A stretch of 63,688 nt of DNA, filler included, from Saprolegnia diclina VS20 (GCF_000281045.1; 9 parts of 2 records of this genome joined end to end with filler, not necessarily neighbours in it), one strand, 5' to 3'; positions 1-12,828 are shown, numbered from the whole stretch's first letter. A program made the numbers and translations. Notes: generated by a model not told the origin, from the sequence alone.

Positions 1-422
1 ACGAAGCGTCTCACTGGTGCGCCAGGCCAATGGTTCAGTCTGTCAAAGCTCGACACCCGAACTTAGAGGCTGCTTCCCACTCGCTCGTTTGGCGTCGAAG
101 AGCTCCCTTTCTGTTAGCCTCTCGACACTCGGCCAATGATGTCCCTCAACAGCAAAGCATCGTACTGCAGGGTTAGCTCCAACACCCTCTGCGAGTCCAA
201 ACCTTCTTGTCCGCAAATTTGGGGTTTCAAATATCCGATTCTCCCAAAATGGATACTTTGGTCAAAGTCGATGGTCGGACGCTGATTGGCTCTTTCGCAA
301 ATAAGATCGCCATGCCACGCCACGGCGTCGACTTTGGTGCTGGGATCCCTGGCTTCCGAGCGCGCCTCTATCCGCTAGTGCACTAGGCGCACGCTACGGG
401 GACGTGAGTTGAACTCTTAGCA

Positions 423-473
423 GGCTCAAATACAGTGCATTCAAAAATGGGCTCAAATACAGTGCATTCAAAA
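423..473. repeat. Tandem duplication with 27-bp period (GGCTCAAATACAGTGCATTCAAAA x2), just past the carrier gene stop
   Basis: Same 24-mer at 423-446 and 450-473. Confidence 0.85.
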
Positions 474-483
474 GGGACACAGC

Positions 484-1644
484 TTAAAAGTTGACACCGA
501 GGACCGTCAGAAGCTTCTTGGAAAACTCCATGCCGAGGAAGCAGGCAGCGTTGGCGGGGAACGCACGGGCCATGGCCGGACCGACGCCCTTGAAGAGCGC
601 ACCGTGGCCCTCGGTTTGCACCAAGTGCTTGTACGCGTCGACAATACCGGCGCCGCGGTACGTGCCTTCGGGCGCCGTCTGGATGCGCGACTTGATGACA
701 TCCGGGGGAATCGCAACGACCCAGTTGATGACGCCGGCAAGACCACCGGCGACGAACGTGCGGAACGCGTTGAGGTCCTCGGGGCTCTGGCCCTCGGGCG
801 TGAGGAGGCGCTTGACGCCTTCGTAGCCGCCGAAGTACCCGATCGAGCCCGGCACATCGCGGAGCAACGTCGCCTCCCAACCACGGTACAAGCTGCCAAT
901 GCCGCCCGTGCGGTAGAGCTGCTTGGCGCAGTCCGACATACCGCTGTACATGGGCGCCTCGCCGCGCGCAACAGCCTGCGACTGAATCTACAACGTTTGT
1001 CAATACGACCAGCCTTCAACAATCTGGTGCAACGCACTTGGAGCAAGCACTTGATGCGCTCACCCGGCGACATGACGATCGTCGTCGGGATCGCCGAGAA
1101 GCCGCCGGCAAACATAATTTGGTTCATCGAGAGCTTGTCCGAGTCGCTCATGTTGGCCGCCTTGCGCTACACAACGATGATGGCATGTGAGTGCCGACCA
1201 TCATCATGCAATGGCGCACGTACCGCAAGGAGGGCACCCATGTCATAGCCCCAAAAGCAGATCGCGAAAATGGGTGTCACGCCCACAAGCGGCGCCGTCA
1301 TGCCACGGTAGAGACCCTTGGGCTACGAAGACGCGACCACCGCATGAGCCATCGTGCTTTCAAGCATAATCGCCTACCCCGTCCTTGGCGACAATCTTGC
1401 GCGCGCAGTCCATGGCGCTCGAGTAGAGCGGCGCCTCGCCCGCCTTGGGCGTGGGCATCGTCTGCATGTTGACCTTGATCAAGTCGAGCGGGTGGCCGGC
1501 GGCGACAAGGCACATGCCGCCAAAGCCACCCGAGAGGAACGACTTGAACGGCGCGCTGCCTAAATATGCGGGTCGGTGCCATGTCTCCAGAGCCTAGCGC
1601 TGTCTACCTTGGGCAGCGACTTCTTGCTTCTTCTCCTCGGCCAT
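484..1644 (-). CDS. SLC25A20: Mitochondrial carrier protein, carnitine/acylcarnitine translocase-like (spliced)
   Basis: Exon 1 [12 protein letters not shown] (ATG 1644), then a GT-AG intron, then [30 protein letters not shown]. Three carrier signature repeats (PLDLIK, PGERIK, PPDVIK). C-terminal [12 protein letters not shown]. Confidence 0.88.
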
Positions 1645-2234
1645 GGGGCTTGTTGACTAAACGGGGCAAATCGGCGACTGGGCTGACAAGATATTTTTTG
1701 TGGGCGGTCCTCCGCTGTCAACGTAAACCCCGCCGAAGACCCCACGAACGTAGTTCAAGTTCTTGCTTCGAACTTCGCATTACCGCCGCGTCCCATTGGT
1801 TCGTTTGTCGACTACGATCTGAGATCGACTAAGTTGGCGCGTGATGGACTGAACCAAGCGCAAGGTAGCACGATGATGCGTACCCACTTGACGACGAGGC
1901 CGGTACAAGCACGGCCCCAGTATACTAGGATACTCTCGACTCTATGGTCAATGGCAGGAATACGTGACAGCAAAAGCAATGTCGTGCAAGCCGCCCTGAA
2001 TTAGCGATCTCGTGAGCACACACCCAGGCACACACCTGCCCAACTGGTGCGTGTCCGTTTAGTTGAAATGTGATCGACTAGAACGACAGAGACTGGTTGA
2101 AATCGTCGGCAGAGGCGGATAAGGACCAATCGCAATATCAATTTGAACGATATTTACCCAATCAAAAATGCGTCAGGATGTTTCGTGATCCAGCGGGCAC
2201 ATCTTTTGGATCTTGGTCTTTGGCGTCGACCAGT

Positions 2235-2250
2235 TCATTTTCATTTCCAT
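2235..2250 (+). promoter_or_regulatory. Oomycete initiator-like core promoter motif
   Basis: TTCATTTTCATTTCCAT just before the SAICAR synthase ATG. Similar motifs precede ATGs at about 12811, 32715 and 62594. Confidence 0.5.
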
Positions 2251-2261
2251 CCGCCACCAGC

Positions 2262-3360
2262 ATGAGCAGCATTGTCGCCGCAGCCGAAGCCCGTACGCAG
2301 GGCTACAAGGCGCAGATTGCGCAAAGCAGCGCGGTTGCCGCCACCGACCTCCAGCTGCCGGCGCCGGCGACCAAGATCGTCGGCAAGGTCCGGGACATCT
2401 ACGTGCTGCCCGAGCGCAAGCAGGTCGTACTCGTCTCGACGGACCGCCAGAGCGCGTTCGATCGCCAGCTCGCGTCCGTGCCGTGCAAGGGCCAAGTGCT
2501 CACGCTCACGAGCGCGTGGTGGTTCAAGGCCACAGAGCACATCGTGCCCAACCACGTGATCGCGACGCCGCACCCGTCCGTCGTCGTCTGCAAGCAGGCC
2601 AAAGTCTTCTCGGTCGAGTTCGTTGTGCGTGGCTACATCACTGGCTCGACGTCGACGTCGATGTGGACAAACTACGCCAAGGGCAGCCGCGACTTTTGCG
2701 GCCACAAGCTTGCGGACGGCTACGTCCAGCACCAAAAGCTGCCCGAGAACCTCGTCACGCCCACGGTACGCACCTCGCAACATCCGTGCTTGGTCAAACT
2801 CATGGATTGACTCTGTTTTAGACCAAGGACGACGTGCACGACGAGCTCATATCGGGCAAGGAGGTCGTGTCGACCGGGCGCATGACGCAGGCGCAGTGGG
2901 ACTACTGCCATCAAAAGGCGCTCGAGCTCTTTGCGTTTGGCCAAGCGACGGCTGCGAAGCGTGGTCTCATCTTGGTCGACACCAAGTACGAATTTGGTGT
3001 TCAGGAAGACGGTACGATCCTCTTGATTGACGAGATTCACACGCCCGACTCGAGCCGGTACTTTCAAAATATCAAGTGCAAGCTCCCAATGAAATGCGTA
3101 GCTACTGGCTCGCAGCCTCGTACGAAGCGCGCATGGCGGCCAAGGAGAGCCCGGAGAACATTGACAAGGAGTTTTTGCGTCTCTGGTTCAAGGACAACTG
3201 CGACCCGTACAATGACCCAGTGCTGCCGGCCGCGCCGACCGACCTCGTTCAGGAACTCGCCCGTCGCTACATCCTCCTGTTTGAGCTCATCACGGGCAAC
3301 ACGTTCAACTTTGAGTCGCCCGACCTCCAAACGGCGATGACGGCGTTTTACCAGCACTAA
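2262..3360 (+). CDS. ADE1: SAICAR synthase (phosphoribosylaminoimidazole-succinocarboxamide synthase), 2 introns
   Basis: Motifs GKVRDIY, TDRQSAFD, VEFVVRGYITGS, LVDTKYEFG, LIDEIHTPDSSRYW, NIDKEFLRLW. GT-AG introns at about 2766-2821 and 3058-3101. Confidence 0.95.
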
Positions 3361-3371
3361 ACGATTCAATA

Positions 3372-4941
3372 CTATGTACTTGGGCCAATAAATACACTGT
3401 CACTACCGGTCGCGCCGTCCTCTGCAGCGACCTTGGTCCGCCGAAAGCCCGGCACCGCTTTCGCCGTAGCATTGCTCCGAGAGTCGATGGGCTCGCTCGC
3501 CAGCACGGTCGCGTCAACGTACGCGGCAGCACCCATGGGCACGACACGGCTCGCCTTGATCGTCGACGCCAGCAGCATCGGCGGAGCATTCGCTGCCGTC
3601 CACGTGAACGGATGACCAATTCTCTTTTGCGTGCGCTTGAGAAAGACGACCATCATGGCCGCTGCGCGCCATTTCTGTATGAGCGAGAGGGCATTCATCT
3701 CTCGCTTGGAGAGGACGAGGACGCCGCCAAGTGTGATGGTGACCCCAAGAAAGAACATGGCGAGCTACATGGCAACCTCGTCCGCAGGTCTCTCGAGCGC
3801 CAAAGAGCAACGTACCTGGAGGACGCTCATGGTAGCAAACTCATTAAAGTAGACAGCGCCGCCGAGGATCGAGACCGAGATGAAAAAGCACTGTGGCAAA
3901 TCGTTGTATTGTCCACTCTCCGGACGTACATACCTGGAAGATCGGGATGACAAAAACCGCGTCCGACGTCTCGAGACCTTGGGCGAGCCAGTGGATCTAC
4001 GGTGTTGGTGCATACATCGTCCGTTTGCCGATATGCGTACTTGGAGCAGAACGCAGAGGAGCATCAAGAACGCAATCGCATACGTCCCAAAAGTCGTAAA
4101 CTGATTGTCGCCAGCCAGCGTCGACTTGAAGAGCTCGGCAAACGCCTTTGCAAAGAGGACCGACTGCGCGCCGCAGACACCGGACAGGGCGGGGCAGATG
4201 ATCGATTGGCTCTTCGCATACGCGCGGTGCATGGGCGACCCGACTCCGTACTGGATGGCGATCGCGCGGATCTTGCGAATGTACAGGTACAACCCGACCG
4301 AGGTGACCGAGACCAAGATCGCGTACACGATAAAGTGGGTTTGGTTGAAGAGCAAGAGAAGTTCGTCAACCGTGTAGCCTACACCGCGTCGGAATCGTCA
4401 TGTCGGCACCATCCAGAACGTACAGTCATTCGCTTTGCTCGCAAAGGCGGCGACAACCATAATACCGAGCACGATGAGCCCCGTGCCGACACCGTCCTAC
4501 ACGACAAACATCGGCCCTTGTACAAAGCATTAGGCAGAAGTACGCGCTTGGAAAATGGCTCTTTGAGAAAATAGTGGGCAAAAAATACATTGGCCACGAT
4601 CGTAAAGCCACCGACGGGAATCGCAAGGCTCTGCGGGATAAACCCAAGCGCGGCAAAGTCGCCAATGCTCCCAAAGACGACGAGGAAGAGGCCTGCTTCA
4701 TATCAGCGCTCAAATGCAACGAGACGGACGCACCAAAGGCCCATTTTGGCTGCAGGAAATACCCGCGCTTGAGCAGCAAAGGGCGTTTGGCTTCGCACAG
4801 AAACGAGTACTTTTGCAGGTTGACGCCCATGTTGGTGCAGATGGACGCGACGACCGACATGAGGACACCGACGTACCAGAGGCTGAACTCTTCGCCGCTG
4901 CCCTTGTCGCTGTGCGAGCCATTCTTTCCTCCACAGCCCAT
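3372..4941 (-). CDS. NIPA-family (DMT superfamily) magnesium transporter, multi-exon
   Basis: Hydrophobic exons with GVNLQKYS, ANVFFAHYFLKE, GAQSVLFAKAFAEL and SILGGAVYFNEF, typical of NIPA proteins. Confidence 0.8.
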
Positions 4942-5036
4942 CGCGACGGAGGTTGGGTGTATGTCGACCGTTTCCCAACTCCAGATTGACCACTGGTTGC
5001 GAAATCAACTAAATTTATACAAACTAACTGGCGCGT

Positions 5037-6023
5037 CTACTCGAGGACGTCGAGGTTCTCGAGGACGAGGGATGCAAACGCTGCCTCTTCGGACGCATAC
5101 TCCTTCTCTTCGCCCTCGAGCGACGCAATGACTGCAAGGCGCGCTTGGATCTTGGCAACGAGCTGGAGCGCTGGCGCCTTGCACGCAGCCTTGAAAGCTG
5201 GGCCGAGCGACGCAAACTCCGAGAGCGCCTGCAGCGACGACTCGTTGAGGTCTACGTCGTCGCCGCCGACGAGCGACGCACAGACGCGAAGGTAGACGCC
5301 GGTGCTCAAGAGCACTTTGGCGTTTTCGATCGATGCGTTGACGAGGTACCGGAGGAGGAAGAGCGACCGCCGCTGGAGGCGAATGTCGCCGGTATCGAGG
5401 CAGCGCGTTAGCACGCCAAGGCCATCGCATTGCACGACAAACCAGCGCTCGGACGTCTTGTCAAGGCTGCGCACCATGCACGAGATGCCCAGGAGAGCTT
5501 TCGAGCGGCAGTCGGCGTCCTTATCCTCGGTCACCATTTTGCAAAGAGCTTCGATGATCGAGGCGTCAAGGCCGGCCTTCTGCACGGGCGGGTTGTTCTG
5601 CGCGCAGGTCGCAAACACTTCGGCGGCGAGGGCGCGTGTCGTCGGGCGCGGGTTCTGGAAGAGCGAGAGGAGGCTCGGGAGGCCGCCAATCTTGATGAAC
5701 GTCTGCGCGTTGTCGATCTGATCGATGCGCGTGAGCATCTCGTCGAGGAGCGCTTCCTTGTAGTCGGCAATCTCTTCAGGCGTAAACGGGTTCTCTGGCG
5801 GGTCCTCAATGAGCTTGGGCAGCACCTGGCGCGGATCCTCGTCCGCCCAGATGCGGATGATCTGGTGCATGCGCTCGATCTCGTCGATGACGCACTCCTT
5901 CATGACGCGCTCGAGCCACTCGCGGTCGTGCGGGTCCATGGCCTTGAACTCGGACGCGTGCGTGCCATCTTGCTGCTGCATGGACCAGCGCAGGAGGCCC
6001 ATCCACTTGTTCGGGTCGGCCAT
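5037..6023 (-). CDS. FES1: Hsp70 nucleotide exchange factor, Fes1/HspBP1-like (ARM repeats)
   Basis: MADPNKWMGLLRWS, IDQIDNAQTFIKIGGL, CAQNNPPVQ, KALLGISCMVR. Single exon. Confidence 0.88.
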   Translation of the reverse strand: MADPNKWMGLLRWSMQQQDGTHASEFKAMDPHDREWLERVMKECVIDEIERMHQIIRIWADEDPRQVLPKLIEDPPENPFTPEEIADYKEALLDEMLTRIDQIDNAQTFIKIGGLPSLLSLFQNPRPTTRALAAEVFATCAQNNPPVQKAGLDASIIEALCKMVTEDKDADCRSKALLGISCMVRSLDKTSERWFVVQCDGLGVLTRCLDTGDIRLQRRSLFLLRYLVNASIENAKVLLSTGVYLRVCASLVGGDDVDLNESSLQALSEFASLGPAFKAACKAPALQLVAKIQARLAVIASLEGEEKEYASEEAAFASLVLENLDVLE

Positions 6024-6670
6024 GCTGCTTCTTGCTGCGGGAAATAGGAACTGCGCCCAGCCATTTTTTGTCGAGCGATTGGCCATTTGACATATTATGT
6101 TTCACAGGTGGGATAATGGACCCGAATTAGTGTATGTTAAACGCTGGCGCCGACAGCGCCGTTTGTCGAAGGCCTGGCCATGTTCTCTTCTAGGAAGCGA
6201 TCGATGCCATCACTGTTAACATTGGTAGGCACGTAGAAGCTGCTGAAGACATGTCATGGTGCGCTTCAGGCAGTATACCTCGAAGACTTGATTGCACGCT
6301 ATTTCGGAATGCTAGCGTCGATAGGAGGGATTTCCCCGAGATAACATACACTATTTCACGTCATTTGGAGCGAGACGCATACTTCGAGAAATTCCAGAAG
6401 CACGCAACGCGATTTGATGCGAATTCGGGGATAGCAACATTACACTACCACGATTGAGTCGATGGACGCAAGTACATATACTGTCAAGTCAAGAAGAGGG
6501 ATCGTCCATGGCGATCCTTGAAGACGCGGGCGCGAAGACCCTGTCCACGCCTTGCTGCTGCTGTTGGACGCTTCAGACATTCATACTATTCAAAAACAGA
6601 ATACTATTAAGCAATATTACACTATTAAAATATGACACTATTCGAACACCAAAAGATACCAAGTCCAAGA

Positions 6671-8392
6671 ATGGGCAGGGCGCCATGGACCCGACCGGTG
6701 AGTTCTTGCCTCAACATCATTTCTCTAGGTGAGATCTGCTACATCTACTAGGTGGTACTGTGTTTGGTCTTGGCTCAAATAGGGCGTGCGCTTGGCGACG
6801 CTAAGATCCAATTTGTCTGGCCCCCACCCGGCCTCCTCCTACGCTCCTCCACCGATGTCATCGTCCAGTACACTGTCGATGGCTCCGTGGTCAATGGGTC
6901 GCTTCAGTTCTCGGGCGATAAGATCAACGGTATTCTACCTGCTGTCTCCGACACCATGCGCTTTGTTGGCGCCGACCTCGGCTCGTACTGGGCCTCCGCA
7001 CAGCTGCTCGATCCATCGGGGCAGCCGATCGGCGACGTGTCGACTTTGCACTATGAGCGCGTCCTTTCCCACGAGCAGGCTACCGCTCAGCGAACGCTGC
7101 CGAGACCGCGGCGTGTGCTCTTGGCACTGCCGTCTGTCGTGCGACCGCGCGAGCGCAAGCTGTGCTTTGTGACAGGAGGCACCAGCATGGATGGCCAAAT
7201 GCGACTCTGGCTCGACCTCATTGCTGCGCTCCAGCAGCATCCGACGACAAAGTATAGCTTTCACGTGCGGTATTTCGTTCTGAAAATGGTCGAAAATGAG
7301 CGGAAACCATAGATGTTTCGCGTGCAAGCTCCGACGGCCGTGCGTCTCGACCCGTATCTCGCGCTTGGCATTCCCATCACATACGTTCATCTTACGGTAG
7401 TTTACGCTCGGACCGACTACACGCTGACGCAACGCCGATATAGGTCGACTCCAACAACGTTGCCAAGTACAATTTGACCAACAACAAGACAATGGCGCAG
7501 CTTGCGGCGTACGCCAAGGGGCTCGGACGCCATCCTGCGTACGTCGCTCGGCTCTTTGGCCAGTATACCGCTGCGCTATCGCCGTGCCGTGGCGCGATTC
7601 TTGTGTATGCCAACTCGCAAGACCACGGCGACTCGGCGCTTTCACTTGTCGCGCGCCATGTCCAAGTGCAGGCTGTCGTGCTGGAGCTCTCGGGTCTACG
7701 TCCGATGCCCCATGCCGTGGACGCGGTCATTGGCCCATCGCAGTTCGCCGTCTACCACGAGAGTGTCGCGCAGGCAGTTGCAGCGACGCATCGGCACGTG
7801 ATCGTACCAGGCGTCAACACGACGCTCTTCGTTCCCGCCGCCAAGCCCAAGCCCAACGACTGCCTTGTCGTGGGCTACCTCGGTCGCATTGCACCGGAAA
7901 AGTCCCTCGGACTCCTAGCACGCGCCACCGAGCTTCTCACAGCCAAGCACGATCTCTGCCTCGTCTTTCGCTGGGTCGGCGAAGGCCCAGATGCTGTGTT
8001 CTATCAGCACTACCCCGTGGAGCTGCTCGGTGGCATCTACAACGAAACCGCGCTCGTCCACGAACTCCAGTCCTGGGACTTGGCTGTCCACCCAGGCCTC
8101 CGCGAGACGTTTGGCATCGCCAACATTGAGGTCATGGCGGTTGGCCTTCCGCTTGTCTGTTTTGGCGTCGCCGGCACGACCGAGTACATTCGACATGGNN
8201 NNNNNNNNNNNNNNNNNNNNNNNNNNNNNNNNNNNNNNNNNNNNNNNNNNNNNNNNNNNNNNNNNNNNNNNNNNNNNNNNNNNNNNNNNNNNNNNNNNNN
8301 NNNNNNNNNNNNNNNNNNNNNNNNNNNNNNNNNNNNNNGTTGCAGCGTACGACGAGGTGTTTGGCCGTCTCGCGAGCTTGCCACGAGGCTAA
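6671..8392 (+). CDS. GT4 (GT-B fold) glycosyltransferase with signal peptide, tandem copy 1 (spans an N gap)
   Basis: VGYLGRIAPEKSL and ETFGIANIEVMAVGLPLV (EX7E motif). Short first exon then hydrophobic leader. Same intron pattern as copies 2 and 3. Confidence 0.8.
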
Positions 8393-8501
8393 GTTGCTAA
8401 AAGCTTCAAATGACACTATATTTTGCTGAAATGGTGCATCAATCGTATCTTCACACTATATCCGTGTGCTACATCATTGTTTGCTGTTGCTCGCCCGCCC
8501 C

Positions 8502-10270
8502 ATGGTCGGCCAACGCTGCTGGAAGGTAGGCAGTGACGATGGGTGTACTTCCACCTCGAGCTACAAGCGTAGCTGGCGGTGCTATGGCTCCACGTGACAG
8601 GCGCATCGCTGAACGAGACCGCGCGCCTCCGCTTCCTGTGGCCACCGCCCCGCTACCTTCTCGAGGACCCCAAAGTGCCCATAACGTTCGCGCTCGATGG
8701 GCCCAAGACGAACGGGTACATTCGCTTCTCGAGCGCCAAGCTCGATGGTATGATCGACATCCACACGCCCGAAGTGGCCATCATGGACATTGAGCCGGGC
8801 ACGCATTGGATCACGGCCGAGGCGCTCACGACCACCTTGAGACCCATCGGACCACCGGCGGTGCTTCAGATTGAGCGCATTTTATCGCGCTCCGAGCTCT
8901 ACCGAGACGCGGTGCAGGCCAAAACGACAGTGCTAGCACTGCCAGCGGTCGCGGCCGCGCGGCCAGCAACGCGCCGGCTCTGCTTTGTCGCGTCCGCGAC
9001 GCCCATGGACGGTCAGAAGCGTATTTGGCTGCGCCTCATGGCGTCGCTGCGTCGTCACCCCACGACCGCCTACTCGTTCCACGTACGCAGCTCACTACAA
9101 CAAAGTGATTCGCAAACATCGCGTAGATCTTCATCTTGGAGCACAAGTCGCCCAGTCGACCCAACGTCTTTTCGCCCGAGGGTCTACCCGTGACGTACGC
9201 GCCCATGACGGTAGTCGAAGCATCGACTACACTGCAGTCGAGAAATTAGTCCAGATATAGTGCTCTCCACTAAACAATCGTAGGTGACCGAGGAGACGGC
9301 TCGGCAGTACAACCTCACGTCCAATGTGACCATGGGCCAGCTCGCCAAGTTTGCTACATCCAACGACAAAGCGCACCTCCCGACCTACCTGCATGAGCTC
9401 TGGGCCACGTACTTGACTACGTTTGCACCTTGCAAGGGTGCGGTGCTCGTCTTTGCCAACTCGCGCGACTATGGCGACACCGTCTTGGCCCACGTCGGGC
9501 GCGCGATCGGCGCTGCCGGTGTCGTTCTGGAGCTATCGAGCGTCTTTCCCATGCCAAATACCGTCGACGTGCTGCTCTCGCCGTCACAATACGCACTGTC
9601 GCACCCGAGTGTGGTGACTGCGGTGGATGCGACGCTGCCGCTCGTGGTTCCGCCTGGCGTTGACCCGACGCTCTTTGCTCCCGCCGCCAGCGCACCGTAT
9701 AACGACTGCATTGTTGTCGGCTACCTCGGTCGCATTGCGCCAGAAAAGTCCCTCGGCCTCTTGGCACGGGCCATCGAGCTGCTCGTCGCCATCGACCAAG
9801 GGCGCTGCCTCGCGTTTCGGTGGGTCGGCGACGGTGCAGACACTGCGCACTACAAGCAGTATCCCATCACGCTGCTTGGCACGATTCTCGACGAGGCGAC
9901 GCTCGTCCACGAGCTCCAGTCGTGGGATCTGGCTGTGCACATGGGCCTCCGCGAGACGTATGGCATCGCTAACGTTGAGGTCATGGCCGTCGGGATACCG
10001 CTTGTCTGCTTTGGTGTGGCCGGCCTCACCGAGTACGTTCGACACGACGAGAACGCGTGGGTCGTCGACGAGGTGTCGCCCGACGCGCTCGCCAACGCGA
10101 TTCACAAGCTGGCGAACGACCCAAGCCTGCGCCAGCGGCTCGGCCACGGCGCTCGGCAGACGATCGAGAAGCGTTTCACGTGGGCGCAGACAGTGGCCGC
10201 CTACGACGAAGTGTACGGCCGTCTTGTGGCCAAGGCGGCGCGAAAAATGACCACCAATACGTCATCTTGA
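8502..10270 (+). CDS. GT4 glycosyltransferase, tandem copy 2 (complete)
   Basis: GYLGRIAPEKSL, ETYGIANVEVMAVGIPLV, RQRLGHGARQTIEKRFTW. Introns near 8526, 9083 and 9210. Confidence 0.85.
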
Positions 10271-10400
10271 AGCCGTGAAGCTGGCCTTTCCGGTTTCAAC
10301 ACCACAGCATTTCCGATCTTTCAAACTATTTCCGTAATCTTTACATTATTTCCGTAATCCTTACACTATTTCAAAAGCAAAAAAGATCCATCGACCGACC

Positions 10401-11557
10401 ATGATGCTGGGCTGGCGCTGGCTGGTAAGCACTGTCGCGGTGGCAGGAAGCGATGCTGCAACTGCGTAGGTCGGCTTCAACATAGCGCTCGTCGTGGCGC
10501 AGAGTGAGAATGCGACGGCGGCGGTGCGATTTCTGTGGCCTCCGGTGGGCCACATGGAGCCATCGTCGAGGCTACTCGTGCGCTTTGACGTGCCATCCAG
10601 CGACGGGTACATTGCATTCTCTGGCACCAAGATCAATGGCGTCTTACGCGCACATCCTGATACAATTGCGCTGGACAACATGGAGCCAGGCTCGCATGTG
10701 GTCGTGGCGCAAGTTCACGATGAGCAGCACGCGCCACTCGGCCCGCCGTCCGTACTGCGCGTCGAGCGCGTCGTCTCGAGAGCCGAAGCCGACGCGCAGC
10801 GCCGTCACAGTGCCAAGCCGCGCGTGTGGCTGACCGCGCTTCCATCTGTCGCTGCGAGCCGCCCGACGCAGCGAACGCTGTGCTTTGTCGGCTCGAACGG
10901 CCAGTTTGACGGTCAGCGGCAGCTATGGCTGCACGTGATTCAGGGTCTCGCACGCCACCCCTCTGTGACGTACGCATTCCACGTACATGCTTGATGCCAT
11001 TGGGAAGTGTACAGCTGCATGCGCGTGTAGATGTTTCGCCTCGAAGATCCATCGACGCGCTTTGACCCGTTCGCAGACATTGGCGTGCAAATCACATACG
11101 CACCGATGCAAGTCTCACTGGAGGAGGCTGCCGCGTACCAGCTCACGCCCAACTCGACAATGGAGGCCATCGTCAACTACGTTCTGGGCGGCGGCTCCGA
11201 TGTGCCCGCGCACATTCCGCGGCTCTGGGCGACGTACCTCCACACGTTTGCACCGTGTCAAGGCGGCATTTTGGTGCTCGCCAACTCGCGCGACCATGGC
11301 GACCGCCTCCTCACCGTCGTCGCCAAGCACGTGGGCGCGCGCGGCGTTCTCTTTGATCTCTCGAGCATCTTTCCGGTGCCAAATACGGTCGACGCGCTCA
11401 TTGGCCCATCAACCTACACGCTATACCATGCGAGCGTCACAAACGCCATCACTGCGCGACACCGCCACGTGATCCCACCCGGCATCGACGCAAGTGTCTT
11501 TGCTCCTTCTTCCAAGCGCCAAACGACACCGAGCGACTGCCTTGTCGTGGGCTACCT
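10401..11557 (+). CDS. GT4 glycosyltransferase, tandem copy 3 (3' end lost in N gap)
   Basis: Paralogous to copies 1 and 2 (RFLWPP, DGQRQLWL, ANSRDHGD, DCLVVGY) up to the gap at 11558. Confidence 0.8.
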
Positions 11558-12400
11558 NNNNNNNNNNNNNNNNNNNNNNNNNNNNNNNNNNNNNNNNNNN
11601 NNNNNNNNNNNNNNNNNNNNNNNNNNNNNNNNNNNNNNNNNNNNNNNNNNNNNNNNNNNNNNNNNNNNNNNNNNNNNNNNNNNNNNNNNNNNNNNNNNNN
11701 NNNNNNNNNNNNNNNNNNNNNNNNNNNNNNNNNNNNNNNNNNNNNNNNNNNNNNNNNNNNNNNNNNNNNNNNNNNNNNNNNNNNNNNNNNNNNNNNNNNN
11801 NNNNNNNNNNNNNNNNNNNNNNNNNNNNNNNNNNNNNNNNNNNNNNNNNNNNNNNNNNNNNNNNNNNNNNNNNNNNNNNNNNNNNNNNNNNNNNNNNNNN
11901 NNNNNNNNNNNNNNNNNNNNNNNNNNNNNNNNNNNNNNNNNNNNNNNNNNNNNNNNNNNNNNNNNNNNNNNNNNNNNNNNNNNNNNNNNNNNNNNNNNNN
12001 NNNNNNNNNNNNNNNNNNNNNNNNNNNNNNNNNNNNNNNNNNNNNNNNNNNNNNNNNNNNNNNNNNNNNNNNNNNNNNNNNNNNNNNNNNNNNNNNNNNN
12101 NNNNNNNNNNNNNNNNNNNNNNNNNNNNNNNNNNNNNNNCAGTCAGCAAGAGGCTTCAAAAGATGGATTTCCATTCGAGTTCGAATGCGTGTTCGAGAAC
12201 GTTGAGCGCAGCGCTGGGGACACTGAGCCAAGTCGAAGGAATAGACCACAACCCGATCGGATCAAGCGGAAAGGCTGAACTCCTAACTGTTCGGAATTTG
12301 TTTTGAAAACACACAAATAGGCACCAAATAGATGATGAAACATATGTTTTTGTCCGATCTAATATGGTGGGTCGACGTATTTCATTGGCTACTTTCAACC

Positions 12401-12686
12401 CTGGTGGCCGAAGTGGATTCTTGCGTCGCGTCGCAAGCAGGGGTTTTCACACGAGTTTTCTTCATTTTCCCCACGGGACCCGGGACAAGGCGGTGGGACT
12501 CACCGTTGTAGATCGTCCTACGGGAAGACCGTTGGGATGGGAGTGCACAGAACCCGTGCCCAGGGTTCCCGCAGTCGGTCGTTCTCGTGCACTTTCCTAC
12601 TTGCATTCTCGTACACATGCCGACGTTCAGGAGTACGGCCTCCCTTCGTATGAGGTTGTGTTGACGACCAGTCATTCGGCCACAGT
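12401..12686 (+). ncRNA. Candidate structured non-coding RNA, family unassigned
   Basis: Terminal 9-bp helix GTGGCCGAA (12404-12412) / TTCGGCCAC (12675-12683) encloses at least 5 internal hairpins. Their G-U pairs favour the + strand. No credible ORF. Confidence 0.5.
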
Positions 12687-12828
12687 CCCAATATAAATGC
12701 TTGTGTCCAACGTCCACGGTGGGACGAAGAAACGTGTCGTGTCGTGGGTGGTGTCCAACACCCCGTCCACAAGCAATGTCAAACAGTACTGAGCTCTACG
12801 AGCTGATCTTTCCATTTTCACTTCTGCC

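Noticed and set aside
10328..10371. Short tandem repeats (TATTTCCGTAATC x2; also about 47774-47798) as a CRISPR-like array
   Set aside because: Only two units, no unique spacers, eukaryotic context.
11031..12306. Long ORFs running through N gaps (also 28352-29202)
   Set aside because: Length comes from untranslatable N runs. Only the flanks are informative.
12401..12686. Assigning the structured RNA to RNase MRP (POP5 is nearby), SRP or telomerase RNA
   Set aside because: No P4 CR-I/CR-V pair, no canonical SRP helix 8 and no telomeric template were seen. POP5 proximity is not evidence.
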